From: an uncultured candidate division Zixibacteria bacterium
GTDB lineage: Bacteria > Zixibacteria > MSB-5A5 > UBA10806
Assembly (NCBI GenBank): GCA_963817915.1
Contig: CAWFQL010000017.1
Span: 352,001 to 416,000 of the forward strand
Length of the DNA: 64,000 bases
Reading direction: 5' to 3'
Shown here in pieces: positions 40,901-50,423 of this stretch; position 1 is the first letter of the stretch, and each line of letters opens with the position of its first letter. The notes beneath the pieces are model-generated. The model was not told where the DNA came from and did no database searches. It saw only the letters and a program-made list of their open reading frames with translations. The position numbers and the translations under genes are program-made.

Positions 40901-41056
40901 ATCAATCCCGAATCCGAAAAGGCGCTTAAGATATATAAGGACTATATCAAACGCGAGACGCTGGCAGAGGGTATATCGGATAAGCCTGAACAGGCCCATA
41001 CGCAGGAATGTGATCTTAATGGAGCCAAAACAATTATTGCGCTTCAGAAGATTTAG
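37922..41056 (+). CDS. ileS: Isoleucine-tRNA ligase (IleRS2 type)
   Basis: 'YEGPPTANGLPHIGH', 'GWDTHGLPVE', 'WTTTPWTL', 'DWALSRERYWG', 'EGLDQTRGWF', 'KMSKR'; IleRS2-type C-terminus 'EGNARELVNKIQNLRK'. Confidence 0.97.
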   Translation: MSELYRPINGEFNFLAREDEINKFWESNSIFQKSLKNRESSPRYIFYEGPPTANGLPHIGHALSRTIKDVICRYKTMKGFLVDRKAGWDTHGLPVELEIEKVLGFNTKDEIEKYGIEKFNAECKKSVFKYKTEWDDFTRKLGYWLDLSNPYITYTNDYIETVWWILRQFWDKELLYKGHKILPWCPRCETALSSHEVAQGYKEVSDPSIFVTMKLIDKPDTYFLVWTTTPWTLISNVAIAMSPNETYVTVKHGDKKLILAEARLSVLPEAYEIIDRNLGKEYDGVKYEPLYNFYKVEKGHFAAMADFVTMEDGSGIVHMAPAFGADDYELGRKAGLSIIQAVNIEGNFLPEVKPWAGWFVKKADPEIIKDLQKRGLLLFEQRYVHNYPFCWRCDSPLLYYARSSWFIKTTAFKDQMIAANNEIKWYPAEIGKGRFGEWLENNIDWALSRERYWGTPLPVWICPKCQKQHCVGSIDELRKMAIDFPRELDLHRPYIDRIHIKCPACGEKMERVTEVIDTWFDSGSMPYGQEHYPFEHKDEFESRYFPADFIAEGLDQTRGWFYSMLAISIFISGRSSYKSCIVNNMVLDSEGRKMSKRLGNSVDPKKLLIEYGADAVRWYLMSSSQVWLPKKFDKEALTEIIRRFFSTFQNSYSFYALYANIDNFKPQANNPPVNQRPSIDRWIISRLNGLIAEVDDSYTQNDITRGARAIADFTVDDLSNWYVRRNRRRYWGSKDDIDKKAAYQTLYDCLLTVCRLSAPLAPFMSDDIYRRLTENLGNYPESIHLNDFPIADSSLRDKALEDEMDIARRVVELGRAARKESKMKVRQPLARMVIMGLSSTECDMLKKMDSIVLEEINVKKLDFDKKEEIYFTMHAEPDFKKIGPKFGARAKDIANSIKALARDQIVQLTKDGKLSIGYDGSAATIDPEDARIKIVSMDGFSVSSDGRVKVALDLALNDNLLAEGNARELVNKIQNLRKTAGLQVTDRISLGISINPESEKALKIYKDYIKRETLAEGISDKPEQAHTQECDLNGAKTIIALQKI

Positions 41057-41084
41057 TAGTATATAGGCCGCGGAGGAAAGCCCG

Positions 41085-41471
41085 ATGAAGAAAAAAGACC
41101 TCGATAAATACGAAAAGCTTCTTCTCGAGAAGCGCAGTAAACTCGTAGAAGAATTTGGCTTGTTGAAGAAAAACGCGCTGGATACTACTATCAAGGAAAA
41201 CACAGGGGATCTATCCTCATATTCGTATCACATGGCTGATCTTGGTACAGATGCCATGGAACGTGAAAAAGCATTCCTCTTTGCCTCGAAATCCGGACGT
41301 TTGCTTTATCATATAGATGAAGCGCTTCGACGTGTCAGGAGTAAAACCTTCGGGAAATGCCTCGAATGCGGCGAACCGATTTCCGAAGAGAGACTTACAG
41401 CAGTTCCCCATGCCAGACTATGCATTAAATGCAAGGAGCTGGAGGAAATTAAAAAATCAAAATCAGGATAA
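41085..41471 (+). CDS. TraR/DksA C4-type zinc finger protein
   Basis: Coiled coil with 'HMADLGTD', then 'FGKCLECGEPISEERLTAVPHARLCIKC'. Confidence 0.92.
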   Translation: MKKKDLDKYEKLLLEKRSKLVEEFGLLKKNALDTTIKENTGDLSSYSYHMADLGTDAMEREKAFLFASKSGRLLYHIDEALRRVRSKTFGKCLECGEPISEERLTAVPHARLCIKCKELEEIKKSKSG

Positions 41472-41480
41472 TCGATACCA

Positions 41481-42035
41481 ATGCGAGCCCGTCAAATTAT
41501 CCCCTATTCATTGGTATCATTAGCAATAATTCTTTTCGATCAAATTACAAAGATTCTCGTTCTCAACAATCTTCACGAAAATGAAGCTATATCCGTAATC
41601 GGAAATTTTCTTTATTTTCGATTCGTTTATAATCAAGGCGGCGCCTGGGGTACCAGTATAGGTCCATCCTGGGTCTATACGATTTTAAGCATTGTGGCTC
41701 TTATATTGATCATAAAGTATTTTATTGGCGCCAAGACTGCGGGCAAAATTGACAAAATTTCGCTTTCAATAATATTCGGCGGCGCAGTCGGAAATTTGAT
41801 AGATCGGATAGTGTATGGCAAGGTTGTGGATTTTATCGATATGGATATTCCTGATATACCGTTTCTCAATCTCTATCGATGGTTTACATTCAATATCGCC
41901 GATGCCGCCATTACAATAGGATTGGTTATTTTCGCATTCAGCCTTTTTATGAAAAAAGATGATAAGACCGAGAATATAGAAGATTCTTCTGGACTTCCCT
42001 CCGGGGAGATCAAGAGTGACTCATCACAAGCTTAA
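41481..42035 (+). CDS. lspA: Lipoprotein signal peptidase
   Basis: 'DQITK', 'NQGGAWG', 'GGAVGNLIDR', 'VVDFI', 'FNIADAAI'. Confidence 0.95.
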   Translation: MRARQIIPYSLVSLAIILFDQITKILVLNNLHENEAISVIGNFLYFRFVYNQGGAWGTSIGPSWVYTILSIVALILIIKYFIGAKTAGKIDKISLSIIFGGAVGNLIDRIVYGKVVDFIDMDIPDIPFLNLYRWFTFNIADAAITIGLVIFAFSLFMKKDDKTENIEDSSGLPSGEIKSDSSQA

Positions 42036-42990
42036 ATTAACTGTTCCGAATGACATGGCCGGGGAACGGCTGGATATATTTTGTTCGCGTAAGGTGACCG
42101 ATCGCACGCGCAGCTACTTTACTAAATTAGCAACCGCGGGGCATATTGCCGCCGACGGGAAAATCGCAAAACCGTCTCTAAAAATAAAATCAGGGATGAA
42201 AATCGAAATCGAATTAGTCGCCTCGCCTCCCATCGAGGCCGAGCCTGAAAATATACCGCTTCAAATTATCTATGAAGATGATAGAATTATTATAATCGAT
42301 AAACCGCCCGGCATGGTAGTCCATCCAGCGGCCGGCAATTATGAGGGCACTCTGGTGAATGCACTTTTATATCACCTTGGCAAACCTCTAGAAAATGAGT
42401 TGCCTGCGGAAAGGCTGGGGCTGGTTCATCGGCTCGATAAGGATACATCGGGGCTATTAGTAGTCGCTAAGGACGAACATGCCCTGGCATTCTTGCAGAC
42501 AGAGTTGAAATTTCGAAGGATCAGCCGACAATATACGGCGATTGTTTGGGGGGAGATGGAGCAGTCAAACGGCACCATAGATTTGCCCATTGGCAGATCT
42601 GAACGTGATAGAAAAATAATGACCGTCAATGCTCGTCATGGGCGAGAAGCGGTAACTCATTTTACGGTATTAGAAAAATTTCGACTCGCGTCTTTATTAT
42701 CGATTAAATTAGAGACCGGCCGCACACATCAAATCAGGGTACACCTATCTCATTTCGGCAATCCCGTGCTCGGCGATCCTACCTACGGGGGCCGTTCAAA
42801 ATATGTCAAACGTCTGGCAAAGAATGATCTTGCGTTCGCGGCGAGTCTTCTTGGTATATTATCAAGGCAGGCGCTTCATGCCTGCAGGCTCGAATTGCCT
42901 CATCCCGATGACAAACGGATTTTGGCGTTCGAGTCTCCAATGCCGGATGATATAGTACAGGTCTTGGATTTGCTCCGATCAACACAATGA
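42016..42990 (+). CDS. RluA/RluD-family pseudouridine synthase
   Basis: S4-like N-terminus, 'KPPGMVVHP', 'VHRLDKDTSG', 'LETGRTHQIRVH', 'GDPTYG', 'QALHA'. Confidence 0.95.
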   Translation: MTHHKLKLTVPNDMAGERLDIFCSRKVTDRTRSYFTKLATAGHIAADGKIAKPSLKIKSGMKIEIELVASPPIEAEPENIPLQIIYEDDRIIIIDKPPGMVVHPAAGNYEGTLVNALLYHLGKPLENELPAERLGLVHRLDKDTSGLLVVAKDEHALAFLQTELKFRRISRQYTAIVWGEMEQSNGTIDLPIGRSERDRKIMTVNARHGREAVTHFTVLEKFRLASLLSIKLETGRTHQIRVHLSHFGNPVLGDPTYGGRSKYVKRLAKNDLAFAASLLGILSRQALHACRLELPHPDDKRILAFESPMPDDIVQVLDLLRSTQ

Positions 42991-45078
42991 AGAAGAACGA
43001 TAAATATGACTTAATATTTCCGATCATCATCGGCATTTTGGCATTGGCAGTAAGATTATCCAATGTTATCTCGATCGGCGCAGAATATTACGCCAATATC
43101 CTTTCCGATGCTTCCACTTATCGGCTCTGGGCGGCAAAATTAGCTGCAGGTTCTTCCTATGGCGACCCGGTATTTCAGATGGGCCCTTTGTACCCATATT
43201 TTCTTTCGCTCTTGCTGAAAATAGGATTAAGTTTCTATTCCATCCTGATATTGCAATCATTGATGGGTACTTTTGTTTCTATCGTATTTACTATTGTCGC
43301 CAAAAGATTGTTCGGGCGACCCGCCGGCTTCATTTCAGGAATTTATGACTGCGTTATTCGCGCCGCTTATCTTCTACGACGGCCTTTTTCTTTCGGAATC
43401 CCTACAGGTATTTCTACTTTCCTTGGGCCTCTTACTTCTGGTGAATAAAGACAAGAAAATTAAATATTATAAGATTATAATTTCCGGCGTATTGATTGGA
43501 CTTGTAGCTCTTGGCCGAGGCACAATTTTATTTTTCCCATTGTTCGTAATCATGTTTTGGTTTTACGGCGGCTTAAGATTAAAGCGAGTAAAGGACAAAA
43601 CCTATATTTCAAAATCTTTTGCGCTCATGGCCGGGCTGGTGATTGGAATCCTGCCCGCTACGATACACAATATCTCCCATGGCGATTTGGTGCTCATATC
43701 ATCCAATAATGGCATTAATTTCTATATAGGGAATAATTCAGGTTCTACAGGCGAATATGATGAACCGCCTGGGCTTAATCTCGCCACAGATTTCACCGGC
43801 CGCAAAGTAGCTGAACAAGAAGAAGGACATGCGCTCAAAGGCTCTGAGGTGTCGTCATTTTGGGTGGAAAAGACTTTCGAGGATATTGCGTCGCATCCAG
43901 CGAGTTTTCTTAAAGGTCTTGTAAATAAATTATGGCTATATTTTTGGTATTTCGATATTCCTCAGGCAGAATCTATCCAACTCCAAAATTTGTTTTCGCC
44001 AGTTTTCAAATTGCCGCTGATAGGCTTCGGCCTAATCCTGATTCTCGGTGCGATCGGGATTTTTTCATCGAGATGGGATGATAACGCACGATTGCTGCTG
44101 CTGCTTCTTTTGTCCAGCATTATTGGGGTAATAATCTTCTTTGTCATAGGCAGATTTCGATTGGTTGGTTCTCTCGTTCTTTTGGTTTTTTCCGGCGCAG
44201 GATTGATATCATTATATCAATCGATCAAAAATCACGAAACAGATAGGATTATCAAATATAGCATACTGGGATTGCTAATTATCTTTATCCTTTTTCTACC
44301 TCGTTCGATAGATAAAAATATCAAGATGGCCTCGGCATATGATAATGTAGGGATATACTACTATTATAAGAATCAGCCCGACGAGGCAATCAAATGGTAC
44401 CGCAAAGCAGTCGCGACTTCCCAATTGCATTCATCGGCCTATAATAATATAGGCGCTTATTTCTATTCAAAGGGCGCCATGGATTCATCGGCCTCGTATT
44501 TCCATCAATCCCTCGCTATTGATTCTACTCAAGACAAAACCTATATGAATCTTGGCAGAATTGCTCTGGATTCAGGACGGCGGGATTCGGCGCTATTTTA
44601 CTATACAATGGCCAAACATTTCGCGCCCTTCGGTGTCGATGCCGATGCCGCAATCAGGCAGCTTAATAATTTGCCGTTAAATGATTCTACCGGAAAGTCT
44701 ATTCCGCACGGGGAATCATTTGAAAGTCTTGTAAATTTGGCGGAGCAATTTTCCGGCAGAGGCCAATTCCAGCAGGCTGAGGCATTTTATAAAAAGGCGT
44801 TGACCATAAAACCAAATGACATTAAAGCGCTGAATAACCTCGGCTTTTCATATCAGGCTCAGAAGAAATTCAGCGATGCCTCTCAAATATTCAATAGAGT
44901 GGTCAATCTTTACCCCGATAATGCTATCGCAATAAATAATCTGGCGGGTACCATATACAGGATGGGCATGAATGATTCCGCGCTGGTTCTTTGGGAAAAA
45001 GCCCTGAAATTGGAGCCCAACAATACACAAATCAAAAATAATTACGACTTTGTCCGAAAACTGAAAAATAATCAATAG
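42987..45078 (+). CDS. GT-C membrane glycosyltransferase with C-terminal TPR repeats (TMTC-like), split by a +1 frameshift at about 43342-43344
   Basis: N-part 'DASTY..WA', 'PLYPYFL'; removing one T gives '..ISGIMTALFAPLIFYD..LSES'; then 'NFYIGN', 'RFRL' and TPRs ('AYNNIG', 'ALNNLG', 'NNLAG'). Confidence 0.78.
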
Positions 45079-45134
45079 TCTTTTAAAACCAACATACGCT
45101 TGACTGGCAATATTCCCGACATTATATAAGCCCT

Positions 45135-47087
45135 ATGTTTCGAATACTTAGATACGCCCTGACCGCCATTGCTGTTCTCTTGTTAGCTTGTTCAAATAAG
45201 GAATCGAACAGTCTATATCAGCTCATGCAGATGGAAGAACGGGGTCAAATCGATTCCCTGGCAATTACACGACTATTCCCGAGCGAAAATGCCCAAATCA
45301 GGAAAATGGCCGCCCATACCTGCGGTATCGTCAGGGATAATCGCTTCATGAAAAACTTGACGGAGCTTTGCAATGACAATGATTCCGAAGTGAGAATTGC
45401 CGCTATATTTGCCTTAGGCGAAATTAAAGACAGTTCAGCTACCAATAACTTCATGTCCTTACTTAATGAACAAAATGAAGATGTCAAAATTTATGCTATT
45501 CAGGCTCTTGGGAAAATTGGCGTTCAGTCAGGTGCGTTCAGGATTTTGCCGCTATTGCAGGATACCTCGACGGCTGTCGCGTCCGAAGCCTCCCTGGCGC
45601 TCTGGAGATTGGCCGATACATCTGCAATAAATGACATTAGGCCGCTAACATCATCAACGGATTCATATAAACGTTATTGCTCGGTCTACGCACTGTTTCG
45701 ATTGGCGCCCGATTCAAGCATTAATGAATTTGTCCAAGTGCTAAAAACTTCAACTGATGATCAAACTCGTTCGATAGCGGCCCGCGGCCTGGGAGCCGCT
45801 CATAATATGCCCGCAGTTCTACAGGCCTTCGATGAATTTTTCTTTAACGCCGGCAAATTGACCAAGATTGAGCTTATTCGTGCCATGGGTAAACAAAAGA
45901 CCGGCAGATTAAAACTCGAAGCGGTACTGTCTTCTATAAACGACAATGCTATAAAAAGCGAAATCTTGAACGCTCTCGGAGCCATAGGTGATAGATTAAG
46001 CATATTTGCAGTTTCCAAATATATGAATGATTATCCATTGGAAGTGAGACTGGCGGCTATTTCAGCGTTACCCGATATCGCGAAAGAAAAAGCAATCGAG
46101 CCGCTGTCGAGTTTAACATTTGATTCCGTTTGGCAGATCAGGGCCCAGGCGGCTCGATCATTGGGCAAAGTTGGTGGCAGGCTTGCCGAGAAAAAAATGC
46201 GACTGATGATCGAAGATAATGAAGATAGAGTCCGCGCCGCGGTCTTCGAGGGTTTGGGCAATTTCCCTATCGATAGAAATTTGGATTTATTTAAGGCCGC
46301 TTTGATGGGAAGTAAAGACCCTGTGATCAGGGCGATTGCAGCTGATATCTTAGGCTCATCGAAAATTGAACAGGCGTTTTCACTTTTGCATCAGGCATCA
46401 AATGACACGATTACCGATGTCACTGTCTTACGTTCAATAATTTCAGGGATTGGGAATTTTATCGATTCCACCGACAGCAGTCAAAGCGCCATTGAAATAT
46501 TGACTCGATATCTGACGCATTCAAATAGAATCATCCGTCAGGATGCTGCGCAATCGCTTGCAAAATACACGCCTAAGGATTTTGCGCCTGGAGCTTTTGA
46601 TATTAATCTGATTCCCAGCGATTACGATAATATGATTGCTTTAGGTCAAAAATCAATTTCCGCGATTATTAATACTCAGCGGGGCGATATCAAAGTAAAA
46701 CTTGATCCTCTGAATGCCCCGCGAACCGCGGCTAATTTCGTACAATTGGCGAAGCAAAAATTTTATGATGGGCTAATATTTCATCGAGTGGTGCCTGATT
46801 TCGTTATTCAAGGCGGATGTCCTCGCGGCGACGGTTGGGGCGATGCCGGATATATGATTCGCGAGGAAATTAATCCCACGAGATTTAAAAGAGGCACAAT
46901 CGGAATGGCCACATCCGGCCGAGACACGGGCGGTTCGCAATTTTTTATCTGCATTTCCGATCAGCCCCATCTCGATGGACGATATACGACGTTCGGCAAT
47001 GTATCTGATGGCCTCGATGTAGTTGATAATATCGAAATCGGCGATACGATTATTTCGATTAGCATAGAAGAAGGGAGCCTTAAATGA
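45135..47087 (+). CDS. Lipoprotein with HEAT-like repeats and a C-terminal cyclophilin PPIase domain
   Basis: Lipobox 'LLAC'; repeats such as 'EVRIAAIFALG' and 'QIRAQAARSLG'; cyclophilin 'FYDGLIFHRVVPDFVIQGG..GGSQFFI..HLDGRYT.FG'. Confidence 0.9.
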   Translation: MFRILRYALTAIAVLLLACSNKESNSLYQLMQMEERGQIDSLAITRLFPSENAQIRKMAAHTCGIVRDNRFMKNLTELCNDNDSEVRIAAIFALGEIKDSSATNNFMSLLNEQNEDVKIYAIQALGKIGVQSGAFRILPLLQDTSTAVASEASLALWRLADTSAINDIRPLTSSTDSYKRYCSVYALFRLAPDSSINEFVQVLKTSTDDQTRSIAARGLGAAHNMPAVLQAFDEFFFNAGKLTKIELIRAMGKQKTGRLKLEAVLSSINDNAIKSEILNALGAIGDRLSIFAVSKYMNDYPLEVRLAAISALPDIAKEKAIEPLSSLTFDSVWQIRAQAARSLGKVGGRLAEKKMRLMIEDNEDRVRAAVFEGLGNFPIDRNLDLFKAALMGSKDPVIRAIAADILGSSKIEQAFSLLHQASNDTITDVTVLRSIISGIGNFIDSTDSSQSAIEILTRYLTHSNRIIRQDAAQSLAKYTPKDFAPGAFDINLIPSDYDNMIALGQKSISAIINTQRGDIKVKLDPLNAPRTAANFVQLAKQKFYDGLIFHRVVPDFVIQGGCPRGDGWGDAGYMIREEINPTRFKRGTIGMATSGRDTGGSQFFICISDQPHLDGRYTTFGNVSDGLDVVDNIEIGDTIISISIEEGSLK

Positions 47088-47566
47088 ATTTCGAAGAATA
47101 TGATTTGAAGCTTCCAGACGGCTGCAACGTGATAATTGGTCATTCCCATTTTATTAAAACCGTCGAGGATATTTACGAAACCATGGTGTCGACTGGCCCT
47201 AACGTCAAATTCGGTGTAGCCTTTTCGGAAGCCTCGGGGCCGAGATTGGTGCGTATCGATGGCAATGACGAGGAGCTTATTAAGGCCGCCAGTAATACCC
47301 TCATGGATATCGGATGCGGGCATACTTTCCTGATTTATCTCAAAAACGGTTTTCCCATCAATTTTCTTCCGGCCCTGAGATCGGTACCCGAGATATGCAG
47401 AATTATCTGTGCCACCGCAAACCAATTGAAAATTCTTATTGCCAGAACCGAACTCGGCGGCTCTATTATAGGCGTTGTGGATGGTGCCGCTCCTGTCGGT
47501 ATCGAAAATGAAAATGATATCAAAGCCAGGAAGAAATTTCTGCGGGATATTGGTTATAAGAGATAA
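47084..47566 (+). CDS. Adenosine-specific kinase family (DUF355) protein
   Basis: 'NVIIGHSHFIKTVED', 'FGVAFSEASG.RL', 'GHTF', 'CATAN', 'GVVDG', 'IGYK'. Confidence 0.85.
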   Translation: MNFEEYDLKLPDGCNVIIGHSHFIKTVEDIYETMVSTGPNVKFGVAFSEASGPRLVRIDGNDEELIKAASNTLMDIGCGHTFLIYLKNGFPINFLPALRSVPEICRIICATANQLKILIARTELGGSIIGVVDGAAPVGIENENDIKARKKFLRDIGYKR

Positions 47567-47568
47567 CT

Positions 47569-48558
47569 ATGGTCAGTCTCAATGGCGGCATAAAATTCGG
47601 AGAGCATTTTAGTGTTGATGCCACTGTCAAGAGCCCCTTGGCGATTGTCAGCCATGCGCATTCAGATCATCTCCGCGGGCATGAAAAGATTATCGCGACT
47701 GCTCCGACTCTCGACCTGGCAAGGCTGCAATACAAACGATTTGAAGGGATAAAGCTCGATTATAATACTCCAATCGAAATAGGTCCCGCCAAAATCGAAC
47801 TCGTGCCAGCTGGTCATATTTTGGGTTCTGCTCAGGTCATCATAGATTGGCGGGGTGAACGAGTAGTTTATACCGGCGATTTCAAACTCGAAGAAAATCT
47901 TACCTGTTTGAAGGCCGAAATTCATCATTGCGATGTTCTCTTAATCGATACTACCTATGGCAAGCCGAGATACAATTTCCCCTCGTTTGAAGTTTGCAGA
48001 GAAATGCTTCTTGAATTCGTTGATAAGAATCTCAAAGCCGGAATAACTCCCATCATCCTCGCGTATTCCATTGGTAAATCGCAGGAGGGAATGAAGATTC
48101 TATCCGACGAGGGATTCGAGATCGAAGCGCAAGAGAAGACATATGAAGCCGCCATGATTTATTCTAAACACGGCATTGAGATAAAAGGAATTCACAAATT
48201 TGAGGAAAAACCAACTCGCGGCAGAGTTTTATTTATGTCGCCGGGAAGTATGAGATATACAAATCCCTACGGCTGGGGCCGTTTCAAGACCTGCCTCTTA
48301 TCAGGTTGGGCGCTCGATAGAGCATACGGTTCCCGTGGCGGCAATGGTTTCGGGATTCCATTTTCTGATCATGCTTCATTCGATGATATCGTGCGCTATG
48401 TCGAGACCGCAAAACCAAAAAAAATCTACACGCTTTTCGGCCCGCCCGATATTGCCGAATACCTAAAACGAATCGGATACAAGGCGGAAGAAGCCCATTT
48501 CAATTCCGGTCATTCATTCGGCAAAAAGAATGCGATTAATTTAGAACTATTTTCATGA
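47569..48558 (+). CDS. MBL-fold / beta-CASP-like nuclease
   Basis: 'SHAHSDH', 'AGHILGSA', 'YTGDF', 'D.TYG', 'AYSIGKSQE', 'SGW', 'FSDHAS'. Confidence 0.85.
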   Translation: MVSLNGGIKFGEHFSVDATVKSPLAIVSHAHSDHLRGHEKIIATAPTLDLARLQYKRFEGIKLDYNTPIEIGPAKIELVPAGHILGSAQVIIDWRGERVVYTGDFKLEENLTCLKAEIHHCDVLLIDTTYGKPRYNFPSFEVCREMLLEFVDKNLKAGITPIILAYSIGKSQEGMKILSDEGFEIEAQEKTYEAAMIYSKHGIEIKGIHKFEEKPTRGRVLFMSPGSMRYTNPYGWGRFKTCLLSGWALDRAYGSRGGNGFGIPFSDHASFDDIVRYVETAKPKKIYTLFGPPDIAEYLKRIGYKAEEAHFNSGHSFGKKNAINLELFS

Positions 48559-49472
48559 ATCCGATAATAATTGCAAAATCGCTTGTTAAAAAATTCGACG
48601 GTCTTACTGCAGTCGATAATATCGATTTTTCAATAAATGAAGGCGAGACATTCGGCTTCTTAGGTCCTAATGGCGCTGGTAAAACAACGACCATGAAAAT
48701 GATCTATTGTTTTGTCCGTCCCACGTCCGGCAATCTTACTATCGATGGTCTCGACGTTATTCAATCGCCGCGACAAATCAAGGCCAGGCTCGGCGTTGTG
48801 CCGCAGGATGATTCCCTTGATCCCGATCTGACTGTATATGGAAATCTAATTACCTATTCTCGTTATCATGAGATTCCCAGAAAAACCGCCATTGAACGAG
48901 CCAATAAATTGCTCGAAATGCTTTCGCTTTCGGAGAAGAGGGACGTTGTAATTGAAGACCTATCCGGCGGCATGAAACGGCGGCTTCTAATTGCCAGAGG
49001 ATTGATTAATAACCCTAAGATACTCATACTCGATGAACCGACTACCGGACTGGATCCACAGGCGCGGCATCTGGTTTGGGATAAGCTAAAAGAATTCAGG
49101 AATTCCGGTATTACTATAATAATTACCACACATTATATGGAAGAGGCCGCCCGGCTATGCGATCGGCTGATTATGATGGATAATGGCAAAATCATCGAAC
49201 AAGGCATTCCGGGCGAATTGGTGAAAAAGCATATAGGCAACGAAGTCCTGGAAATTGATAATGTGAACGACAATCTATATAAGCAGATTGTTTCGCTCCT
49301 CGATAATTCCCAAAATTTTGAACGGCACGGCGATCGCTTATTCGTCTTTTCCGAATCAATCGGAGAATTATCAGTTAAGCTAAAACCTTTGGGGCTTTCG
49401 TCAATATTAGAGAGAAAGGCTGATCTGGAAGACGTATTTCTAAAACTTTCTGGGAGGACTCTAAAAGACTGA
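48555..49472 (+). CDS. ABC-2 exporter ATP-binding protein (NodI-like)
   Basis: 'GPNGAGKTT', 'GVVPQDDSLDPDLTV', 'LSGGMKRRL', 'LDEPTTGLDPQARH', 'TTHYMEEA'. Confidence 0.92.
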   Translation: MNPIIIAKSLVKKFDGLTAVDNIDFSINEGETFGFLGPNGAGKTTTMKMIYCFVRPTSGNLTIDGLDVIQSPRQIKARLGVVPQDDSLDPDLTVYGNLITYSRYHEIPRKTAIERANKLLEMLSLSEKRDVVIEDLSGGMKRRLLIARGLINNPKILILDEPTTGLDPQARHLVWDKLKEFRNSGITIIITTHYMEEAARLCDRLIMMDNGKIIEQGIPGELVKKHIGNEVLEIDNVNDNLYKQIVSLLDNSQNFERHGDRLFVFSESIGELSVKLKPLGLSSILERKADLEDVFLKLSGRTLKD

Positions 49473-49491
49473 GCTTTTTAGAGAAATTGAA

Positions 49492-50268
49492 GTGAATTTA
49501 AATCCTTATCATAATGTCTCACATAGAGCTTTCTATGCCTTTTTGCGTCACCGCGATGTTTTCATGCAGACTATCAAGACTTCACTTATTCCGCCATTTC
49601 TCGATCCGCTTTTTTATCTGGTTGGTATGGGGTATGGTCTTGGCAGCCTGATAAGTCCGATCAAGGGAATGAGCTATGCTGAATTTATCGGCCCGGCGTT
49701 GGTAGCGTCGGTCATAATGACCGCGCCATTTTTCGAATGTACTATCGGCAGCTTCGTCAGAATGGAATTTCAAAAAACATTCGACGCCATGATTTCGACG
49801 CCTTTGTCGATAGAAGACGTAGTCGCGGGAGAAATACTCTACGGCGCGGGCAGAGCCACTTTGCAGGCCACGGCGATATTGATAGTCGTGACGGCATTCG
49901 GTCTGATAAAATCGCCGCTCGCGCTTCTGATTATACCGTTTGCCTTTATATTTGCGCTGGTTTTTGGTTCTATGGCGATGGTATATACTTCATTCATTCC
50001 TGCCATCAATTATGTCGATTTCTTTTTTACACTTGTCATGACTCCGATGTTTATTTTTGCGGGCACATTTTTCCCTGTAAGCCAGCTGCCGTTATGGGCC
50101 CAAAATGTGGCATATTTCATGCCTCTATATCATGTTGTAAATATTACCAGGGCATTATCGGCGGGAAATTTACTCATTATAGGCAAGGATATCATCTGGC
50201 TAATAATCTGCGGCTTATTATTCTTTTCGCTGGCATTATATAGAATGCGCATCCGTCTCATGAAATAA
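49492..50268 (+). CDS. ABC-2 exporter permease (NodJ-like)
   Basis: Six TM helices; 'SFVRMEFQKTFDAMISTPLS..DVVAGE', 'PMFIFAGTFFP'. Confidence 0.9.
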   Translation: MNLNPYHNVSHRAFYAFLRHRDVFMQTIKTSLIPPFLDPLFYLVGMGYGLGSLISPIKGMSYAEFIGPALVASVIMTAPFFECTIGSFVRMEFQKTFDAMISTPLSIEDVVAGEILYGAGRATLQATAILIVVTAFGLIKSPLALLIIPFAFIFALVFGSMAMVYTSFIPAINYVDFFFTLVMTPMFIFAGTFFPVSQLPLWAQNVAYFMPLYHVVNITRALSAGNLLIIGKDIIWLIICGLLFFSLALYRMRIRLMK

Positions 50269-50343
50269 TTTACCCGTTAACAAGTTATCGCTATTAATTC
50301 AATGTTATCAAATATAAAATTATGCCCGATTTAATAAAAATAG

Positions 50344-50372
50344 TTGACAATAACAAAATAGGCTATTATTAT
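50344..50372 (+). promoter_or_regulatory. Sigma70 promoter of glmM-glmS
   Basis: TTGACA (50344-50349), 17 nt, TATTAT (50367-50372). Confidence 0.75.
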
Positions 50373-50423
50373 TGCGCTTGCTCCCCAGGCAATGATATAT
50401 AGTCTATAGATATTGAGGGAATT

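Noticed and set aside
48555..50268. Nod-factor export (nodI/nodJ) as a symbiosis trait
   Set aside because: No nodABC is present; NodIJ-like ABC-2 pairs are widespread in non-symbionts, so no gene symbols were assigned.
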